Shown piece after piece: positions 1-10,000 of a stretch of DNA of 64,000 nucleotides. The position numbers were made by a program, and so were the translations under genes. Below the pieces are notes generated by a model. The model was not told the DNA's origin. It saw only the letters and a program-made list of their open reading frames with translations, and searched no databases. Origin of the DNA: an uncultured bacterium (GTDB taxonomy: Bacteria; Patescibacteriota; Minisyncoccia; Phycocordibacterales; UBA9973); the NCBI GenBank assembly GCA_903892035.1, contig CAITGV010000001.1, forward strand, positions 91,624 through 155,623, given 5' to 3'. Numbering within the stretch: position 1 is the stretch's first letter; every line of letters starts with the position of its first letter.

Positions 1-255
1 GTTGTCAAAGAACAAGAGCATATGCCCGAATACATCGGCAAGAACAAAAGGTGGGAAACATTCGACAGAGACTTGGAGATATACACGGCATACGAAAAGT
101 TAAGATCGGGTAGAACAGAAAAAAGAGCGGACTCATCGGGGCAATCACTAGATACCCAAGTATGGGGCGAGATGAAAAATAAGTATAAAAAATTGAAGCT
201 CGGTGATGTCCGACGAGCGGTTTCTCGCGTTGCAAAATTGGACTTGAAGGTCTAA
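1..255 (+). CDS. Hypothetical protein, 5'-truncated
   Basis: Frame open from base 1 to TAA at 253-255; same orientation as the downstream operon. Confidence 0.6.
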   Translation, partial: VVKEQEHMPEYIGKNKRWETFDRDLEIYTAYEKLRSGRTEKRADSSGQSLDTQVWGEMKNKYKKLKLGDVRRAVSRVAKLDLKV

Positions 256-335
256 CCGTACGATTAAACCCAACATTAGAAAAACCATACAAGAATAGAG
301 TAAGCACATTATTAGTTAGTGTGCTTTTTATTTAT

Positions 336-1616
336 ATGACTAAAAAGATTGTGTGGAAAACAGTGAAGCGCAAAGTCTCGAATTTGCTTCCCTACGAAAA
401 GAATCCGAGAAAAATTAGTGAGAAGCAGATGAAGGATTTAAAGCGTAGTTTGCGAAAGTATAACCTCGCCGAACTGCCTGCGATTAACTTGGACGGCGTG
501 GTGGTCGCGGGTCACCAGCGAATCAAAGCGTTGCACTTGATTGGTCGCGGTGATGAGGAGATTGAAGTCAGAATTCCGAATCGCCAACTTACAGAGGAGG
601 AATTCAAGGACTACCTCATTGTATCGAATAAGTCGGGCGGTTCATGGGACTTTGAGGGGCTTGCCGAGAATTTTGAGATGGACGCGCTGTCTCTTGCAGG
701 ATTCGAGGATGACGAACTGGGCGATATCTTCGCCAATAGTCTCCACGTCGATGATTCAGACACGAGCGACGAGGAGGAAGCGAAGAAGATCAAGAAGACC
801 AATATCAAGCGTGGTGACCTGTTCGCATTAGGAAAGCACCGTCTCTTGTGTGGTGACGCGCTCGACCCGAAGACCGTCAAGAAGCTTATGGGCTACGCGC
901 GCGCCGACCTCGTCAATGATGATTTGCCGTTCAATATTGACCTCTCATACGACAAAGGCGTGGGCAATAAGAAAAATTACGGCGGTACTACCAATGACAA
1001 CAAGACAGATGACGAGTATCGCGTGTTCGTGAAGACGATCATGCGGAACGCGAAGTCGGTAATGAAAAAAGACTCTCACTTCATGTTCTGGTGCGATGAG
1101 CGATATGTCTGGCTCTTTCAAATCCTTTACAAGGAACTCGGAATCGACAGCAAGCGTCTGCTCATATGGTTGAAAAATAATTCTTCTCCCACACCTATGG
1201 TCGCCTTTAACAAAGTCACAGAATTCATAGTCTATGGCACGATCGGCAGTCCATACCTCTCAAAGAAAGTCACTAATCTGAATGAGATTATAAACCCAAA
1301 AATGACGACAGGCAATAACCTTTCCACTGAGATTATCGACCAGTTAAACATCTGGATGGAGAAGCGTTTGCCCAGCAATGAGTATAACCACCCGACTGAA
1401 AAGAGTGCGTCGCTCCACGAAAAGGCGTTGCGCCGTTGCACTCGTCCCAACGACATCGTGCTTGACCTCACCGCTGGCGGCGGAAGCATTCTCATGGCGT
1501 GCGAGCAGTTGAAGCGCACGGCGTATGTCAATGAGTACGAGCCAATTTTTTGTCAGCTCATTATTAACAAGTTCGAGAAGCTTACTGGCATTAAGGCGAA
1601 AAAAATATATGAGTAA
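336..1616 (+). CDS. ParB-like N-terminal domain fused to N6/N4 DNA methyltransferase (phage type)
   Basis: YEKNPR...VAGHQR ParB/Srx motifs; GKHRLLCGDA, DLVNDDLPF, HPTEK, LDLTAGGGS methylase motifs; ATG at 336. Confidence 0.9.
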   Translation: MTKKIVWKTVKRKVSNLLPYEKNPRKISEKQMKDLKRSLRKYNLAELPAINLDGVVVAGHQRIKALHLIGRGDEEIEVRIPNRQLTEEEFKDYLIVSNKSGGSWDFEGLAENFEMDALSLAGFEDDELGDIFANSLHVDDSDTSDEEEAKKIKKTNIKRGDLFALGKHRLLCGDALDPKTVKKLMGYARADLVNDDLPFNIDLSYDKGVGNKKNYGGTTNDNKTDDEYRVFVKTIMRNAKSVMKKDSHFMFWCDERYVWLFQILYKELGIDSKRLLIWLKNNSSPTPMVAFNKVTEFIVYGTIGSPYLSKKVTNLNEIINPKMTTGNNLSTEIIDQLNIWMEKRLPSNEYNHPTEKSASLHEKALRRCTRPNDIVLDLTAGGGSILMACEQLKRTAYVNEYEPIFCQLIINKFEKLTGIKAKKIYE

Positions 1617-2043
1617 GAAATTGTCCGCCGCACAAACGCGAATTAAAAAGCAAAAAGAAGATTTGATTGACCAACTCAAAAAAAATCCTGTCATTCAGAT
1701 CGCGTGCGAGAAGCTCGACATCGGACGCGCCACGCACTACCGCTGGTACGCCGATGATGAGGAGTACGCCAAAGCGGTCGATTCCGCGATCGCCGAGGGT
1801 GTGACGTTCGTGGCGGAATTCGCCGAATCGCAGTTGCTCAACGCTGTCCGCAACGGCGATCCGTGGGCAGTCAGTATGGTACTCCGCGCCATGCATCCAC
1901 GATATAAGAACAAGGTTGAGTTCATAGGAACTATCAATCACACGAATCGCGAACTTACAGAAGAAGATATCGAGTTTATGAAAGAAAGCTTGATCCTTGC
2001 ATTACCAACTAATCAAAATCAAAATGAGAAACCTCAACCCTAG
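1609..2043 (+). CDS. Putative terminase small subunit (HTH)
   Basis: ACEKLDIGRATHYRW HTH and AESQLL motif; overlaps the methylase stop and the TerL start. Confidence 0.7.
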   Translation: MSKKLSAAQTRIKKQKEDLIDQLKKNPVIQIACEKLDIGRATHYRWYADDEEYAKAVDSAIAEGVTFVAEFAESQLLNAVRNGDPWAVSMVLRAMHPRYKNKVEFIGTINHTNRELTEEDIEFMKESLILALPTNQNQNEKPQP

Positions 2044-3481
2044 AGAAGAAGAGATCATTGATCGTATGATCAATGATCGCACGTTCCGCATCGCACTCGT
2101 GAAGCAAAGCCATTTTTGGTTTTTTCATTATTACTTTGGGCAGAAGTATGCAAAGTATCCAACAGCGGATTTCCAGCGCGAGATGTTCAACATCACGGAA
2201 AATCCAGACTTGCAGAACATCGTCATCACCGCGTTTCGAGGATCGGCAAAATCGACGATCTTCACCCTCTCGTATGTCATATGGTCAATTGTCGGCGTGA
2301 AGCAAAAGAAGTTCGCGATTATTCTCGGACGCACGCAGTTGAACACCACGCCCAACTTGAATGCTATCAAGAAGGAGCTTGAAGAAAATAAGGCATTCCG
2401 TAGTGACTTCGGACCCTTTAAGGAAGAAATCGACAGTAACGGAACAACCCAGTCGATCTCCTTGCCCGACTATAACGCCCAGATATCGACGCGCTCGATC
2501 GGGCAGAACATACGCGGAATCAAGCACTTTCAGTATCGCCCCGACCTCATCATCGCTGACGACATCGAGGATTCTGAATCAATCAAGACGCAAGAGAACC
2601 GCGACAAGCTGTTCGACTGGCTCACGGGCGATGTGATCCCCGCTGGAGACCGCGACACACAGCTCATCTTTATCGGTACTCCTCTGCATAACGATTCGAT
2701 ACTCATGCGATTGAAAGAGATATTTAAAAATGGTGATAGTAAAAATATCTTCCGTGAGTTTCCAATCGTGAACGAGGACGGGATACCATTGTGGCGCGGG
2801 AAATTCAAGACACAGACGGATATCGACAACGAGCGAGCCAAGTGCTTCAGCGAATCAGTCTGGCAACGCGAGTATTTGTTGAAGATTGTTGACGGCGAAG
2901 ATCAAATAGTCAGAAGCGAACACATCCATTACTACGACGACATTCCGAACGAAGAGTGCCGATTCGCCGCCGTGTCGGTCGATCCCGCCAGATCGCTGAA
3001 ATTGACTGCCGATTACACCGCCATGGTTTCAGGCAAAATGTATGGACACGGAAAGGACAGAAAACTATACATCATGCCAAACCCTGTGAATGCTCGTCTG
3101 AACACAGACCAGTTGATACAAAAGGTGAAGAGCATTTCAATGGCTCTCAACAACAACGGCTACTATGCGCGAGTGTACGTCGAAGATGTCGGAATGCAGG
3201 GAATAATCGCCGACATTTTGAAAGCTAACGGTCTATCTGCAAAACTGTTTCCTGTTCGCGGTTGGAGCAAGGAAGACCGCCTCACCGCCGTGTCCTCGCT
3301 TATCGAGCTTGGACAAGTCGTCTTCCCAAGAAAGGGAGCAGAAAAGCTGATCGAGCAAATACTGGGATTCGGAAAGGAAGCACACGACGATTTGGTAGAC
3401 GCTTGCACCATGCTCATAATTCAAGCATTCGAGGATTCAAAACAACCCAGAATGAGTATCAAGACTTATTATTTCAGATAG
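2024..3481 (+). CDS. Terminase large subunit
   Basis: Walker A FRGSAKST, Walker B IIADDIED, IGTPLH coupling motif, nuclease SVDPA...DYTA...HDDLVDA. Confidence 0.92.
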   Translation: MRNLNPREEEIIDRMINDRTFRIALVKQSHFWFFHYYFGQKYAKYPTADFQREMFNITENPDLQNIVITAFRGSAKSTIFTLSYVIWSIVGVKQKKFAIILGRTQLNTTPNLNAIKKELEENKAFRSDFGPFKEEIDSNGTTQSISLPDYNAQISTRSIGQNIRGIKHFQYRPDLIIADDIEDSESIKTQENRDKLFDWLTGDVIPAGDRDTQLIFIGTPLHNDSILMRLKEIFKNGDSKNIFREFPIVNEDGIPLWRGKFKTQTDIDNERAKCFSESVWQREYLLKIVDGEDQIVRSEHIHYYDDIPNEECRFAAVSVDPARSLKLTADYTAMVSGKMYGHGKDRKLYIMPNPVNARLNTDQLIQKVKSISMALNNNGYYARVYVEDVGMQGIIADILKANGLSAKLFPVRGWSKEDRLTAVSSLIELGQVVFPRKGAEKLIEQILGFGKEAHDDLVDACTMLIIQAFEDSKQPRMSIKTYYFR

Positions 3482-3482
3482 G

Positions 3483-4247
3483 CTATTTCGCCTCGCCAGC
3501 GGCGGTCGCGTACTGCAACCAGTTCGTGCTGATTTCCTTTTGCGCTTCTTGGATCGTCATCGCACCGCTACAGACTTGTCGGTGCAAGTAATTCTCAAAA
3601 ACGTCTTTCACTCTCGCCCCGTCTGGTATCAAATATGATTCAGGATACAAATTCGAGATATCGTTGCTTCCGCCGATTTCCAAGCTGATGATGTGATCGA
3701 CTTCATAGTTGGAGTGTTCAGTGGAATATGAAATACCGTATTCTGCGAATACCTCTTCTTTTGTCGCAACTGAAACATCGCGGACGGTTTTTGTGTAGCC
3801 GACCGTACAAACAGTCGGAATGTCGGTCGTGAGAACCGCGCCCGGCGAACAGGCTGGATCGGGTAATACGCCGTCCACACATCCGCTTGTCTTTGTCTGC
3901 ACTCCGTAGGTCGGAGTAGAGGTCGATTGAACGACAGTTTGCGATTTTATTACTGGCGCGGCGACAGGCACGCTCGTTGGCGGTGGTGTGATTTTTGCGG
4001 GAGCTATGGCGACAACGGTGTCGGTTGTGGTCGTTGAAGCTATTAAGGTCTCGGGCGCAGAAGCAATCGGGGTCGTCGCTGGCGCGGGCGATGCTACTCC
4101 GAACAATATAAAAAATGCAATCATTGATCCGCCAAAAACCAGACCTGCTTTTTTCCTAGATTTCAGTTTAAGGAGCGACGGCTTCCCGAGACCGATGATG
4201 AGAGCGAGGATTGATAAAAGAAATAGTGCGAGGAATATGTCTCTCAT
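3483..4247 (-). CDS. Membrane-anchored HNH endonuclease
   Basis: Two N-terminal TM helices, Pro/Thr linker, YEVDHIISLEIGGSNDISNL HNH motif. Confidence 0.8.
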   Translation of the reverse strand: MRDIFLALFLLSILALIIGLGKPSLLKLKSRKKAGLVFGGSMIAFFILFGVASPAPATTPIASAPETLIASTTTTDTVVAIAPAKITPPPTSVPVAAPVIKSQTVVQSTSTPTYGVQTKTSGCVDGVLPDPACSPGAVLTTDIPTVCTVGYTKTVRDVSVATKEEVFAEYGISYSTEHSNYEVDHIISLEIGGSNDISNLYPESYLIPDGARVKDVFENYLHRQVCSGAMTIQEAQKEISTNWLQYATAAGEAK

Positions 4248-4250
4248 ACG

Positions 4251-4691
4251 CTAGTTCTTCGAGACGAACTCGTTGGGAACGAATCCCGACTGTCCAATGT
4301 AGTCTCCGCTCATTATTCGCACCTCACTCGAACTGAATCCCTCACCAATGACCTTGACTTGTGTTCCATTTTTTACGGGAAGCACTTGTCCGTCCAAAAC
4401 CATTTGTGCTATTCCAGTTGTGTCACCCGCGACAGAAAGTTGCATCGTTCGATCAAAGTAATCTTTTGTGATCGGAACGAGAATTGGATCGGCACTACTT
4501 TTCAGATATGCTGTGTCGCCGATTAAAACTTGGCTAGCAGGAGGAGTAGGTGCTGAAGCACCTGAAGAATTACTACTACCTGAATTGCTAATAATCATCA
4601 CGAGTACACCGAGACCAATGATTGATCCATAAATTATTTTCTTCTTCTTACTCAATGGCTTTTTCGCACCTGCTTGATCGCTTTTTTCCAT
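4251..4691 (-). CDS. Membrane-anchored hypothetical protein (SH3-like C-terminus)
   Basis: Basic N-terminus plus TM helix; GTQVKVI...EVRI...GQSGFV resembles a bacterial SH3 fold. Confidence 0.65.
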   Translation of the reverse strand: MEKSDQAGAKKPLSKKKKIIYGSIIGLGVLVMIISNSGSSNSSGASAPTPPASQVLIGDTAYLKSSADPILVPITKDYFDRTMQLSVAGDTTGIAQMVLDGQVLPVKNGTQVKVIGEGFSSSEVRIMSGDYIGQSGFVPNEFVSKN

Positions 4692-4734
4692 ACATACTTT
4701 TTTTGCGTGTTAGTAATAAATCCGAGGATGAGAC

Positions 4735-4900
4735 GCAAAAAGCCCACCACATGGGTTGAGGGCTATTAGACCCTCCATACACCTTTCGATGTACGGCGAT
4801 CAAGCAAACCCCATATGATGGGTTCTTTATGCTTGATCGACTTTATTCGCCATGCCGCCGCTGAAGCGAGGGTTTAGGCTACTTACTTATTCAGTTGTTA
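4735..4900 (-). promoter_or_regulatory. Structured leader with alternative stems and U-run (putative attenuator / antisense-type RNA)
   Basis: CGATCAAGCA 4797-4806 / TGCTTGATCG 4830-4839; 4810-4822 pairs with 4743-4755 on the minus strand, followed by a T-run. Confidence 0.5.
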
Positions 4901-4954
4901 ACAAACAATAGCATTTTCGACGCTATTATTCCAGACCATGATATCGCAGTACTG

Positions 4955-5012
4955 TGAAATCACTGAGGGGAGTTACCAACACGTTGCCAACAACGACCCC
5001 TCAGTGATTTCA
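4955..5012. repeat. Perfect 16-bp inverted repeat upstream of LSR
   Basis: TGAAATCACTGAGGGG 4955-4970 / CCCCTCAGTGATTTCA 4997-5012; 26-bp spacer. Confidence 0.9.
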
Positions 5013-5036
5013 ACGATCTGCGTCATTAATATATAC

Positions 5037-6368
5037 ATGGAGACACAGTCATATAGCGCAATGATCGGAACGGCGAAAGTCGTACCGACCGTAAAAGTGA
5101 GATATTGTCTTTATGCGAGAAAATCGACAGAGCAAGATGAGAAGCAAGCTCTGTCTATTGATTCTCAAGTAAAAGAAATGTTACAGATCGCCGAGCGAGA
5201 CGGTTTGGAAGTGATAGACATTAGGAGAGAATCGCACTCGGCAAAAGATTCTGGACAACGACCAGTTTTTAAAGAAATTTTAGAAGATCTGCGGCGAGAT
5301 AGATTCAACGGAATCCTTGCATGGGCACCAGATCGTTTAAGTAGAAACGCTGGCGACCTCGGAAGCGTCGTCGATCTGATGGACGAAAAGCATCTAGTAG
5401 AAATACGAACGTACGGACAACAATTTAGAAATTCGCCGAACGAGAAATTCTTGCTCATGATTCTGTGTTCACAAGCAAAGCTCGAAAATGACAACAAAAG
5501 TATAAACGTGAAGCGAGGTTTAAAAACGAGATGTGAAATGGGACTATGGCCATGTCCCGCCCCTACTGGGTACGTCAAAGAAAAAAGAATGGATCGGAGG
5601 TGTCAGACACTAATAGATCCAGAGCGCGGGGCGATCGTAAAAAAGATTTTCGAGAAGGCGGCGTACGAGAAGTGGAGCGGACGAAAGATATATCACTGGC
5701 TGAAATTCGATCTGAACTTCCGAAGTGCGAACAGTAACAAGAACCTTACTTTGAGCAATATATACATGATGTTGGAAAACCCCTTTTACTACGGGGTTTT
5801 TGAATATCCGAGAAAAAGCGGAAACTGGTACAAAGGAACGTACGAGCCGCTCATCACAAAGGAGCTGTTCGACCAAGTCCAAGGACAGATGAAAAGTCAG
5901 ATCGTCAGATCCGAGAGTAAAGAATTTGCTTTCACGAAACTCATGACATGCGGAATGTGCGAATCTGGAATATGCGCCGACGAGAAATTCAAAAAGCCTA
6001 AAAACGGAAACATTCACCGATATGTCTACTACGGTTGTACCCGATCGAGAGACAAGAATTGCAAGTGCGGATTTATCGAAGAGAAAGAACTAATCAAGCA
6101 ATTTGAGGACATGCTCGACACGATCGACTTGGACGAGATCGGGATAAAGGAAAAGCTCAAGATTGAAGTCGAGCGATTCAAAAAATTCCAGCGAGTGATA
6201 CTAGGTAGTAAGGAAAAAATCGAGATTGGCGATGTCGATATTCGGAACTATACCAAGTACTTACTGCGAGACGGTTCAGATTTAGAGAAACGAGAATTAC
6301 TTGGATGCTTTAAAAGTAAAATAACCCTAAAACAAAAGACGATTTCATTGGCTAAAAACTCAAGTTAG
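5037..6368 (+). CDS. Large serine recombinase
   Basis: YARKS catalytic motif, DRLSRN, recombinase domain (PAPTGY, NPFYYG), Zn-ribbon CGMC...YYGC...C. Confidence 0.93.
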   Translation: METQSYSAMIGTAKVVPTVKVRYCLYARKSTEQDEKQALSIDSQVKEMLQIAERDGLEVIDIRRESHSAKDSGQRPVFKEILEDLRRDRFNGILAWAPDRLSRNAGDLGSVVDLMDEKHLVEIRTYGQQFRNSPNEKFLLMILCSQAKLENDNKSINVKRGLKTRCEMGLWPCPAPTGYVKEKRMDRRCQTLIDPERGAIVKKIFEKAAYEKWSGRKIYHWLKFDLNFRSANSNKNLTLSNIYMMLENPFYYGVFEYPRKSGNWYKGTYEPLITKELFDQVQGQMKSQIVRSESKEFAFTKLMTCGMCESGICADEKFKKPKNGNIHRYVYYGCTRSRDKNCKCGFIEEKELIKQFEDMLDTIDLDEIGIKEKLKIEVERFKKFQRVILGSKEKIEIGDVDIRNYTKYLLRDGSDLEKRELLGCFKSKITLKQKTISLAKNSS

Positions 6369-6420
6369 TCAAAAAACGCCTACTAAACTATCGACTGGGG
6401 CGATTCAAAAAAGACTTACG

Positions 6421-7062
6421 CTAAATTTTATTTAGTTGAGTAACATGTTGTGCGTGTTTTTGTGATTCCATGCGAGCCAATTTACCCTCATGTGTTTCTG
6501 GCTCTATGTTTGCCGCGTCCTTAAAAATTTCTGTTGCACGCGTTTTAATTTCAACCTGCGTTGCCAAATTTTCCCTGCGTGCCATCTTAGAAGCGATTAT
6601 ATCCAACTGGTTAAAAAATACTTTTATGTAAATGAAATTAAGAACATCGTCTGTGGGTGTTCCTCGGGCTGGACTTACTTTCTTAAAATGCTTCACGTTT
6701 GAAGCTGTTTTAATGTAATCGGACACATTTCCTTGATTGATTCCGATTTGACTTTTATTAAAAATAATTTTGAAGAAAACATAAACAAACCCGAGAGTGT
6801 ATCCTATTTGAACAGCCGGTGAGCCAAATTTAAAAATTGAAAATGTGATACCAAAAAATATAACGAAAAGAATCAATATGCTTCCCAAATATTTTGAAAT
6901 AATCGGGTGATTTTTCGCAATCATATTTTCACGTTCAAGCTCTACTGTCAAAGGGATACAGAAGACGAGACAAATAACAGCCGAGAGGAGCGTGTAGCTC
7001 GCTATTATCATTCCGAAAATGAACGACACTATTAAAATAATCATTATATACAAAGTAATCAT
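6421..7062 (-). CDS. Hypothetical membrane protein
   Basis: 213-aa ORF with several TM segments, directly downstream of the helicase gene. Confidence 0.65.
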   Translation of the reverse strand: MITLYIMIILIVSFIFGMIIASYTLLSAVICLVFCIPLTVELERENMIAKNHPIISKYLGSILILFVIFFGITFSIFKFGSPAVQIGYTLGFVYVFFKIIFNKSQIGINQGNVSDYIKTASNVKHFKKVSPARGTPTDDVLNFIYIKVFFNQLDIIASKMARRENLATQVEIKTRATEIFKDAANIEPETHEGKLARMESQKHAQHVTQLNKI

Positions 7063-7073
7063 ATTTTTATCTC

Positions 7074-10000
7074 CTAAAGTGCTTTTGTTCCTTTACAATA
7101 GGGAAATTTTGAACATCCGTAGAATTTTCCTCTTTTGCCATTTCGGAGAATCATTTTTGATCGACAGCGCGGGCAGTCCTTATCTGAAAGAACTGGCGCG
7201 GGCTTATTATCTTTAACGGCTTGCGCTAAATCCTTGCAATATTTACAAAATTTTCCGCGACCACTAATTAATTTAGGATTCTTAAAATCAACATCCTCTC
7301 TTATTTCATGGCATTTTGGACATTCCTTTTTATCTCCATTTTGAAGACCCTCGATCGTCTCTTGAATGCCAGTCAGAACGGGATTATAGCTAGTACGAAC
7401 ATTTTTTATGAGACCACTGATTCGCTCGTTCAATGTCGATATCTGGTTAGCACCGATGTTGAATTTGTTTATTCGGAGAAACTTGTAACCGTAGCTTTCT
7501 AAAACCTTCTGTCGATAAATATCATCCTCGGAATAATATTCTTTGTAGTTGAATTCATTTACCTCCGCGAGATCGCTAAAATGCTCCTTGAAGCCGTCGT
7601 ACTCAATGACTATCTTGTGTTCATTACGATTCTCGTCTTTGTATACCAACAAGAAATCAACCTTGTAGTGGGGGTGCTTATAGGTACGATCGAGCTGTTT
7701 AAGATATTTGCCGATCTCGAATTGAGGAAAAAATTCGATGTTCTCTTTATTATTTTTCCAGAACTCCGTTTGATAAAACCAGTTCAATACCTCTGGTTCC
7801 ATTTTTGATTTCTGGTCTGTCTCGGAAACATCATGTTCCTTTTTGGCTTCTTCAAGAATAAAATAGTAGTGTCTTAACGCGTCACCTATTGAACCGCTGA
7901 ATTTGTCGAGCGGTTTGCTGAGAACGAAGTGGATCGTCTCTTTCGCTCGGCTGAAACCTACGTTCAATCGTTGTACTTTTATTTTACCGTCTTCTTCCGT
8001 ATCGACACTGTTAAAGTCCTTTATGAATACGCCCCAGAGCCTGTCGCTATTTTCATTTGCAACCATGGAGTAGAAAATAATGTCTCGTTCCTCACCTTGG
8101 CAGGTGTCAAATGTCATTATCTTCAAATTGAGATTTTCAAAATAGAAGTCACGCTCTGGGAGCTTGCTGATTGCTTCCATGAGTAGCTTCTGCTGATTCG
8201 TGTGGGGCGTAATGATACCGACGCTCTGATTTGTCTTGGCTTCATACAAAGTCTGCAACTGCTTGATTATGAAATCAATCTCCGCTCTATTGCTGTTAGG
8301 TACACTTTCCTCTTTTCCGTCATGATCGACGAAGCTAAATTTAATGACATCGTCGATGTTCTTACCTCGAATTTTCATGACCTGAAGACCACCCTGATAG
8401 AAATATTTATTTGAGTAAGAAATGATTTCCTTGTAGCCACGAAAATGCTTGAGTAGCTGAGTATTGTAGTTTGTGATAAATTCAAAGAACTCCAAGATTG
8501 AAGTCTTGATATCGAATTTTCCGAGTTTAACCAATTTTGAATCCTCTTCGGAAACTTGATCTCGAAACACTCGCGCCAGAGAATTCAGGTATTCTCGGTT
8601 TGTCTCCGATTTCGCTTGAGCCGCCTTGATATTGCTGAACTGCTTTTTGTCTCCGAGAATAAGAACTTTTTTTGCGCGGATCAAAGCTGGAAATGCCTGC
8701 GCGATACTCACCTGTGAAGCCTCATCAATAATAACCAAATCAAACAACCCCGCATTTAAAGGGATATATTCTGCGTAGTCTCTTATGCCCGCAAGAATAC
8801 AAGGAAAAGCATCTTTAAGTTTGAGAAACTGCTCTTTGGGGAATTTCATCTTGTTTTTAATGACCTCCCGCAAGGTTTCGGCATCTGCCTTATTATTGTT
8901 GTAGAAATCAATGAGACGACCGTCCAAAACGTGGGTAACCTGAGTTGTCACGAGCGTCTCAAGCTCCTTCTTTTGACTAACATAGCTCATCGCTGGGATC
9001 GATCCAAACTTAGAAGTTATAGAAGCTTTAAGTACGGGGTAGCGCGCGGATCGATCGAAATCAAGGCTACTCATCGTCACAAGCGGACTATTAAATATTC
9101 CCGAAAAATGCTCTTTTGAAATATTTAATTTTTGGATTGAAGCTGGGCATAGATCGAATTCCTCGAACAGTGACAACGCTTCTTTTTCAGTAGAAAGAAT
9201 TATTTTTTCTTGCTCATCAAAGTTGGTCTTTGATGAAACGAGTTCAACCAAAACGGCGACATGGTCGATACTCATTTCAGTGATAAGTTTTGATTGCGCT
9301 ACCAAAGCTTGGAAATAATCAAAAATTTCTATCGTCTGCTTCAACTCCTTGATATTCTCGTGAGCAATTCGATACTCCACCAGAGGAAACAGCTCTTTGA
9401 ACGAATTATCCAAAGACTGGAGTTTTGATCCGCTGAACATATAACCGACAATAGGCATTTTTGCTTCTTCGCAGTCACGAACCCATTTTTTGAGATTCAC
9501 CAAGTCTTTTTGGGCGAAAACCTTAAGCCGTGAGATCCGCTGAATGTCCTCGCCGAATCGGCGGTATGTTTCTTGAGCAAGGTGGTAATATGCCAAAAGA
9601 ATCTGCAAGAAGTTTAAGAGAATATCTTTACTCTTAAGGGTTTCGAGTTCAACATGTAGAATCTTTGAGAGACAGTCATTTTTAAATATTTGAGGCAATG
9701 AGAGAATGAACGATCGAAACTCTCCCAAAAATACAATCGCGCTTTCATTTTGAGAAAGTTCGTTAAGATCAAACGCGTATCCGTGCGAAGAATAAAAATC
9801 TTCTAAGGAGTAAAACTCACTTATTTCCTTCAGATCAATTTCAGAGTAAGCCAAAGCCTCTGCCTCGATATCTTCTTTTAGTGAATTTGAGAGCTTGGAA
9901 ATATTTTCCTCAATCGCAGCAAAATCTTTTTGGACGGCTCGATGATGAGTTTTTATCTTTTCAATTGATGATTTCGCAAGTATCTGTCCATATGTATTTC

